Assembly: GCA_002937585.1 (NCBI GenBank) | Contig: PTKE01000001.1 | Coordinates: 5,936-69,935, forward strand | DNA length: 64,000 nucleotides | From: Alphaproteobacteria bacterium MarineAlpha9_Bin6 | GTDB lineage: Bacteria > Pseudomonadota > Alphaproteobacteria > UBA7887 | Direction of reading: 5' to 3' | In this document: positions 58,834 through 64,000 of the stretch, in pieces | Layout: each line of letters starts with the position of its first letter | Position numbering within the stretch: position 1 is the stretch's first letter | The notes under the pieces: model-generated | The model's database searches: none | What the model saw: only the letters and a program-made list of their open reading frames with translations | Told to the model about the DNA's origin: nothing | Position numbers and translations under genes: made by a program

Positions 58834-61181
58834 GTGCCTACGCTCTCACGTTGTGATTTCGCATCCTGGATTGCAGTTAATATTCTCCTTGGAGTCATCG
58901 GCGTTTCACAAACCTCCGCTCCAACCCGGCACAATGCGTCATTAACCGCATTCGTCACAGCTGCGACAGAACCGATGGCGCCACCCTCCCCAATCCCCTT
59001 TTGTCCAAATAACGAGTACGGAGACGGCGTTTCCATATGCTCGATATGAATGTTTGGCACTTCAGTGGCACCCGGCAGAACATAATCTGCAAGAGTAGAA
59101 AACAACGGTTGGCCATTCTCATCGAATGGCATTTCTTCGTATAAAGCTGTGCCAATACCCTGGGCTGCGCCTCCGAGAATTTGGCCATCAACAATCATAG
59201 GGTTTATGAGCACACCACCATCTTCCACAACGACGTATTTGATTATTTCCACAGTCCCAAAATGTGGATCGACTGCCAGGACAGCAGCATGTGCAGCATA
59301 TGAGAACGTCCCATCGTCCCGTCTTAGTTTGTACCCAGCTGTTACTTCTAACCCTTGCCGATCTACATCCGCAGGCAAATCTTGCGGTCGATGGTACCAA
59401 GTACGCGCAACATCGATCAGGGAAATTTGGCCTGACGGGGCTTTGACGTAACCGTCCTCAACCTGAGTGTCCTCAAGTTCCGCTTGCAAAAGATGCGCCC
59501 CAATTAATTGAATGCGTTCACACAACTTTTCGCATGCGGTTGCGACTGCCCCACCGGACATCACCATCACCCTTGATCCCCACGTCCCGGTGGAATAGGG
59601 CGACAACTCTGTGTCGCCATGAACTATTTTGATGGACTCAATATCAAGTCCAAGGATCTCATGTGCCACCTGGGCTAATGTCGTTTCTGATCCTTGACCA
59701 TGACACTGAATTCCCACTCGAACCTCTAGGCCTCCGTCCGGAGTGAATCTAACAAACGCCTGCTCGTAGCCCGGAATCATGGGAATTCCCCAAGCTGAGT
59801 AAACTGCCGTACCATGAGCCGCCTGTTCGTTGAAAATACCCATCCCCAGACCTACCAATCGCCCATCGGGTTCTCCGAGAACCTGCCGTTTACGTACCCC
59901 CTCCACATCAATTGCTGCAGCCGCCCGTTTCAGACACTCTGGATAATCACCACTGTCAAAATGTTTGTTTACGATGTTATCGAAGGGCATTTGCTCTGGA
60001 GTAATCAAATTCTCCAGACGAACATCGTGTGGTTCCTTGTTTATTTTTCTCGCAACCAAGTCAACCATGGATTCAAGTGCATAACAAACTCCTGCCCTCG
60101 CAACCCCTCTGTAGGGAAGAATTGGACACTTGTTTGTTGCTACCGACCAAGTCTGGCAGCGATATGCTGGAAAATTGTACGGGCCCGGAAGGATGCTAGC
60201 GACTTGCGTTGCCTCCAGGCAAGCGGTGAACGGGTAGGACGAGTAGGCCCCAGCATCTACCGTTACCTTCGCATCAAGGGCAAGAAATTTCCCTTCCTCG
60301 TCCGCACAGAGCGTAATGTCGTAGTAATGCTCACGAGCATTTGCCGAAGCTGTCAGCGCTTCACGACGATCCTCGAGCCATCGTACCGGCCGATGGAGAT
60401 GTATAGCCAACCAGCACACGACAAGTTCTTCGGGCAACAAAATTGCCTTGTAACCAAACCCTCCACCCACATCCGGTGCGGTAACTCGTACGGCACTCTC
60501 GTCCAAACCCAGACATTCGGCCAAACCCGTTCGCACAATGTGCGGGATTTGTGTCGCCGTATGCACAACCAACTGTTGCGTTCTGTGGTTCCATTCCGCT
60601 ACGACACCTCTCCCTTCAAGAGGGGCCATACACTGACGAGACATTCGAAGACGCCGCGAAATTTTCACAGGCGCTGACGCAAGCGCAGCCTCTACACCGG
60701 TGTCCACGTTGGTCTCTAGAAAGACATTATCGCCCCATTCCTCGTGCACCAGAGGCACATCAGGAGCGCGGGCAGACAACATATCAGTGACAGGTTCTAA
60801 TTCCTCAATATTAGCGAAAACCTCATCAACAACGTCTTCCGCTAACGCACGATTGCCGCCAACGCACACGGCCAATAGTTCTCCTACCAGACGAACCTTG
60901 TTGGAAGCGAGGGGGGGTTGTTCGGACGATTTGAAACCTTTCAGGCCCGAATTGGCACGAATTGTTTTAAGGCCTGTTAAATCCTTCGCCGTAAAAACGG
61001 CCTCGTGAAATTGTTCTGGGACATCGATAGATACTATGCGGCCGTGGGCAACGGGGCTGCGCACAAATGCAGCATCTAACATACCAGCAAGTTTGATATC
61101 ACCCACAAACTGGCCGCGACCATGCAAAAATCGGCCATCTTCTTTTCGGGCTACCGCGGCTCCAATTCCTGTATTTGCCAA
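58830..61181 (-). CDS. Molybdopterin-binding large subunit of xanthine-dehydrogenase-family enzyme (CoxL-like, active-site loop atypical)
   Basis: 783 aa; GGGFGYK motif; loop region reads PAYRCQTWSVATNKCPILPYRGVARAG, matching neither form I (AYRCSFR) nor form II (AYRGAGR) exactly. Confidence 0.85.
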   Translation of the reverse strand: MANTGIGAAVARKEDGRFLHGRGQFVGDIKLAGMLDAAFVRSPVAHGRIVSIDVPEQFHEAVFTAKDLTGLKTIRANSGLKGFKSSEQPPLASNKVRLVGELLAVCVGGNRALAEDVVDEVFANIEELEPVTDMLSARAPDVPLVHEEWGDNVFLETNVDTGVEAALASAPVKISRRLRMSRQCMAPLEGRGVVAEWNHRTQQLVVHTATQIPHIVRTGLAECLGLDESAVRVTAPDVGGGFGYKAILLPEELVVCWLAIHLHRPVRWLEDRREALTASANAREHYYDITLCADEEGKFLALDAKVTVDAGAYSSYPFTACLEATQVASILPGPYNFPAYRCQTWSVATNKCPILPYRGVARAGVCYALESMVDLVARKINKEPHDVRLENLITPEQMPFDNIVNKHFDSGDYPECLKRAAAAIDVEGVRKRQVLGEPDGRLVGLGMGIFNEQAAHGTAVYSAWGIPMIPGYEQAFVRFTPDGGLEVRVGIQCHGQGSETTLAQVAHEILGLDIESIKIVHGDTELSPYSTGTWGSRVMVMSGGAVATACEKLCERIQLIGAHLLQAELEDTQVEDGYVKAPSGQISLIDVARTWYHRPQDLPADVDRQGLEVTAGYKLRRDDGTFSYAAHAAVLAVDPHFGTVEIIKYVVVEDGGVLINPMIVDGQILGGAAQGIGTALYEEMPFDENGQPLFSTLADYVLPGATEVPNIHIEHMETPSPYSLFGQKGIGEGGAIGSVAAVTNAVNDALCRVGAEVCETPMTPRRILTAIQDAKSQRESVGT

Positions 61182-61433
61182 TTTTATCCCGCTACATTAC
61201 TTCTGTTATCGGAAGCATAGACGCATCTGCATCGTACGTTTTCCCGCTACGCCTACAAAACCTCGGCCTGACCAATCGATCTACGACGACTTCCGCATCG
61301 CCGTTGTCGCATAGTTTCCAATGACCTCGTTCATCTCTGACCAACACCAGAAACAATTTTGGAACCCCTTGTGCCATTCCTCGGGCTTCACTAATCACAT
61401 TTCTGCCTATGCAGATCGGCCTCAGATTTAAGT

Positions 61434-62789
61434 TTACTGGCGAGCCAATGCCCACATCTGTTCAGGAAGCCATAGAGCAATCGCTGGAAAAGCCATCACT
61501 AACCCTATTGCAATAACTTCAAGAGCGATAAACGGCGCCACTCCTTTATACATATGGACCAAGCGAATTTCCGGAGGACTAATGCCACGTAAATAGAATA
61601 TCGCGGGAGCCATGGGTGGTGTCAGATAGCTTGTCTGTATCACAATCAGGAAAAGAATACAGAACCAACTTTTAACCTGTGAAGGATCTAAGCCGTAAAA
61701 TTCAAACTTGGATATGATTGGTATTGCGATCGGTATGATGATCAAAATTATAGAGATAAGATCCAATACGAAGCCCGCTATAAAGGCAAGCAGCAGCAAA
61801 ATACACAGGGTCGCCCAACCTGATAGCTGAGCTGATTCCACCAAACGTTGTGTGCCGATTAGGCCTCCTGAAATTGTAAAGACCGTAGCAAATATATTTC
61901 CCGCCAACAAAATGGTCAGGATCATTGCTGTGATAAGTAGAGTGTTCTTCAGTGCCTGCTTCAGCACCTCAACGCTGAGTTTTTTGTAAATTATCGTCAA
62001 TATTACTGAGCCCAACGCTCCCATCGCAGCAGCCTCGGTCGGAGTTGCCCAACCTAATATAATGGTTCCAAGTACGGAAAATATCAGCGCTAGTGGAGGG
62101 ACCAACGCAACAGCGGTTATCCACAGTTTCCGAACAAGTGGTGGCTCATTCTCATCAGGAGGAAGACGCGGTCCATCCTCAGGTCGCAGGGTACAACGAA
62201 TGAGAATATAAGCGATGTATAGCGCTGCCAGTATGAGGCCTGGGAATAACATACCCATAAAAAGTCCACCAACATCAACGTCAGCAACCGGGCCTAGAAT
62301 TATCACGACGACCGATGGTGGAATAACTGTTCCGAGTGAACCACCTGCACAAATTGTCCCTGAAATCAGACCTTTATCGTAGGCATAACGTAACATCACG
62401 GGGATCGCGAGCAGCCCAACAACTGTCTCCGTAGCACCAACCACACCACTTGCTGCCGCAAAAATAACGCATAATATTACCGTCCCGACCGCGAGTCCGC
62501 CCGGCAACCGCCGTGTCCATAAGTGGATCGCCTCAAACAATCGCTCAGCAATCCCGGATCGCTCAAATAAGGAACCCATTAATATGAATAGCGGTACCGC
62601 AGCCAAAACATACGCGGATGAAACATTGCCGATAACCTGAGAAAAAACGTTGACAGCCGGCAGGGAGAAATTGAAGGCGATAGCACCGAACACGAAGGCA
62701 ACAGACAGCAGTGAGAAAGCTACCGGGAATCCTAAAAAAATCATCAACATAAGTGCCGGAAACATCCACAGTGCTAATCCGACACTCAT
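61434..62789 (-). CDS. dctM: TRAP transporter large permease (DctM)
   Basis: 451 aa polytopic membrane protein; paralog of 50602; 4-nt overlap with the upstream dctQ. Confidence 0.85.
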   Translation of the reverse strand: MSVGLALWMFPALMLMIFLGFPVAFSLLSVAFVFGAIAFNFSLPAVNVFSQVIGNVSSAYVLAAVPLFILMGSLFERSGIAERLFEAIHLWTRRLPGGLAVGTVILCVIFAAASGVVGATETVVGLLAIPVMLRYAYDKGLISGTICAGGSLGTVIPPSVVVIILGPVADVDVGGLFMGMLFPGLILAALYIAYILIRCTLRPEDGPRLPPDENEPPLVRKLWITAVALVPPLALIFSVLGTIILGWATPTEAAAMGALGSVILTIIYKKLSVEVLKQALKNTLLITAMILTILLAGNIFATVFTISGGLIGTQRLVESAQLSGWATLCILLLLAFIAGFVLDLISIILIIIPIAIPIISKFEFYGLDPSQVKSWFCILFLIVIQTSYLTPPMAPAIFYLRGISPPEIRLVHMYKGVAPFIALEVIAIGLVMAFPAIALWLPEQMWALARQ

Positions 62790-63532
62790 CCGATAGTTTC
62801 CTCGCCTTCCGCTTCCAAGACTCTAGGTTTCGAGAGCACCAGAATGCACTTCATCACCTCGGCTATCGTTTGCATCAATAGCAGCACGAACCCGATTACA
62901 AAGGTAAATTTGAATGGCCAAATAATTGGATTCCAAGCTGACTCACCCGACAATTCATTGACTTTGTAGGCTTGGTGGAAATATTCCCAAAGTCCTGCAC
63001 ACAACCACAGAATCATAGGTAAAAGGATCAAAAACCCGAATAAATCGATTATGGAACGAGATTTCAGACCTAAGTTGTCATAGAGAAAATCCACACGGAC
63101 ATGTCGTCGCATCTGCATACAATAGGCAATGCCAAACATAAAAGAGGTTCCCATCAGCATATAAGCGACCTCAAAAGCCCATTTCGTAGGCGCACCCAGG
63201 AAGTACCGAGAAATAACTTCAAAGACCATCGACATCATGAGCAAGGTGAAACCCCAGGCGCCAATCCAGGCAAAAAACCGGGTGTAATTTTCCACTGCTT
63301 GTATCAGGGGCATCACACTGAACCCGGCTACCGACCGCACGGTACCAATAAGTATCGTCAGTGCCACACCTACGAGAAATAAGACAATCAATAATTCAAA
63401 GATGCTCGAGAACGGTGCCTCAGCAACTATCTTGAAAAATGAGCCGGTATCTTGAAAAAATGAGGTCCAAAAATACATCAGGATTCGGCCAATGAAATTC
63501 AGAAAACTTCGGAAAAACTCCAACATTTCCAT
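62786..63532 (-). CDS. dctQ: TRAP transporter small permease (DctQ-like, long form)
   Basis: 248 aa with multiple TM segments; sits between the dctP and dctM genes. Confidence 0.7.
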   Translation of the reverse strand: MEMLEFFRSFLNFIGRILMYFWTSFFQDTGSFFKIVAEAPFSSIFELLIVLFLVGVALTILIGTVRSVAGFSVMPLIQAVENYTRFFAWIGAWGFTLLMMSMVFEVISRYFLGAPTKWAFEVAYMLMGTSFMFGIAYCMQMRRHVRVDFLYDNLGLKSRSIIDLFGFLILLPMILWLCAGLWEYFHQAYKVNELSGESAWNPIIWPFKFTFVIGFVLLLMQTIAEVMKCILVLSKPRVLEAEGEETIG

Positions 63533-63628
63533 GCCTCAAGCGTCAACTGAATCGAAACCTATATAATCCAACCTTCTAGCTGCAATTATTGTTAGGCCTT
63601 TATGTCACAGCAATGGACCGCTACCGTC

Positions 63629-64000
63629 TCAACGTCGGCCAATCGGGAAACGAAATTTTGGCCAAGTTTCCATATCCTTTTGGAAAATTCGGCGATGTTC
63701 CAGTACGCGTTTAAACCATGCATTCTCGGCGGCCTGTTTATCAGCCCACTCATCAGCCGCCTTGTTTGCAGCACGTATAAACTCCGAATCCAAGATCACA
63801 ATCTCATTGCCGGCTGAGCGCATTTCCTCAAGAGCCGCAATGTCCCGATAGGGATAACGTGTCCAACTATCTAGAATCATCAGCCTGCCAGCTAATCGCA
63901 GAATCTCCCTATCTCGTTCAGAAATGCGCTCCCAAGCATCCATATTAAACACGCATTCAAACACGGCACCGGGCTGATGCACGCCGGGCATGATGATATA
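63629..64000 (-). CDS. dctP: TRAP transporter substrate-binding protein (DctP family), C-terminal part; gene runs off the window end
   Basis: Minus-strand ORF open to the window edge; its sequence matches the DctP C-terminal region (NEIVILDSEF..., WADKQAAENAWFKRV...). Confidence 0.7.
   Translation of the reverse strand, partial: YIIMPGVHQPGAVFECVFNMDAWERISERDREILRLAGRLMILDSWTRYPYRDIAALEEMRSAGNEIVILDSEFIRAANKAADEWADKQAAENAWFKRVLEHRRIFQKDMETWPKFRFPIGRR

Noticed and set aside
61192-61455. An 87-aa minus-strand ORF between the CoxL-like gene and dctM
   Set aside because: Its start lies inside the dctM coding region in another frame. There is no RBS and no family resemblance. This is most likely just the promoter or leader of the cox-like operon.
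1-64000. A scan for CRISPR arrays, rRNA, IS elements or integrases, and phage genes
   Set aside because: No ORF resembles a Cas protein, transposase, integrase, or capsid or terminase protein. No non-coding stretch is long enough for an rRNA. I saw no array-like short direct repeats.

Overview
This is a gene-dense (about 57 CDS), regulator-poor stretch of bacterial chromosome at roughly 50% GC. It is almost entirely aerobic catabolism and solute uptake, and the genome uses the standard code with TGA as a stop. I see no rRNA, tRNA, CRISPR array, transposase/integrase or phage genes. Left to right, the window contains: a 5-prime-truncated class V aminotransferase; an amidase, a dienelactone hydrolase and a beta-oxidation operon (acyl-CoA dehydrogenase, thiolase, FadB-like enzyme); a Sel1-repeat secreted protein; an acyl-CoA ligase and a MhpD-like hydratase; korAB (2-oxoacid:ferredoxin oxidoreductase); an enolase-superfamily enzyme and a sugar-phosphate isomerase/epimerase; a KstD-like flavoprotein whose FAD-binding motif is interrupted by an in-frame TGA; pcaH-pcaG-pcaB followed by an AroE-like dehydrogenase and an unrecognised 229-aa protein where pcaC/pcaD would normally sit; a Liv-type ABC transporter; several LLM-class flavin oxidoreductases; a DUF3237 / substrate-binding protein / TPP-enzyme / cupin module; a minus-strand catabolic island (TcuA-like flavoprotein, MccB-like carboxyltransferase with a separate 72-aa biotinyl carrier but no biotin carboxylase, CaiB-family CoA-transferase, SDR, LLM, FadH-like reductase) directly abutting bioA, bioF and bioD; two TRAP transporters; and a CoxL-M-S-G-type molybdenum hydroxylase operon. 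No defence or mobile system is present. The findings most worth a second look are the biotin-module island next to the bio genes, the non-canonical pca cluster, a probable AUA start on bioD, the in-frame TGA in the KstD-like gene, an atypical CoxL active-site loop, and several strong palindromes in promoter regions that have no regulator gene in cis.
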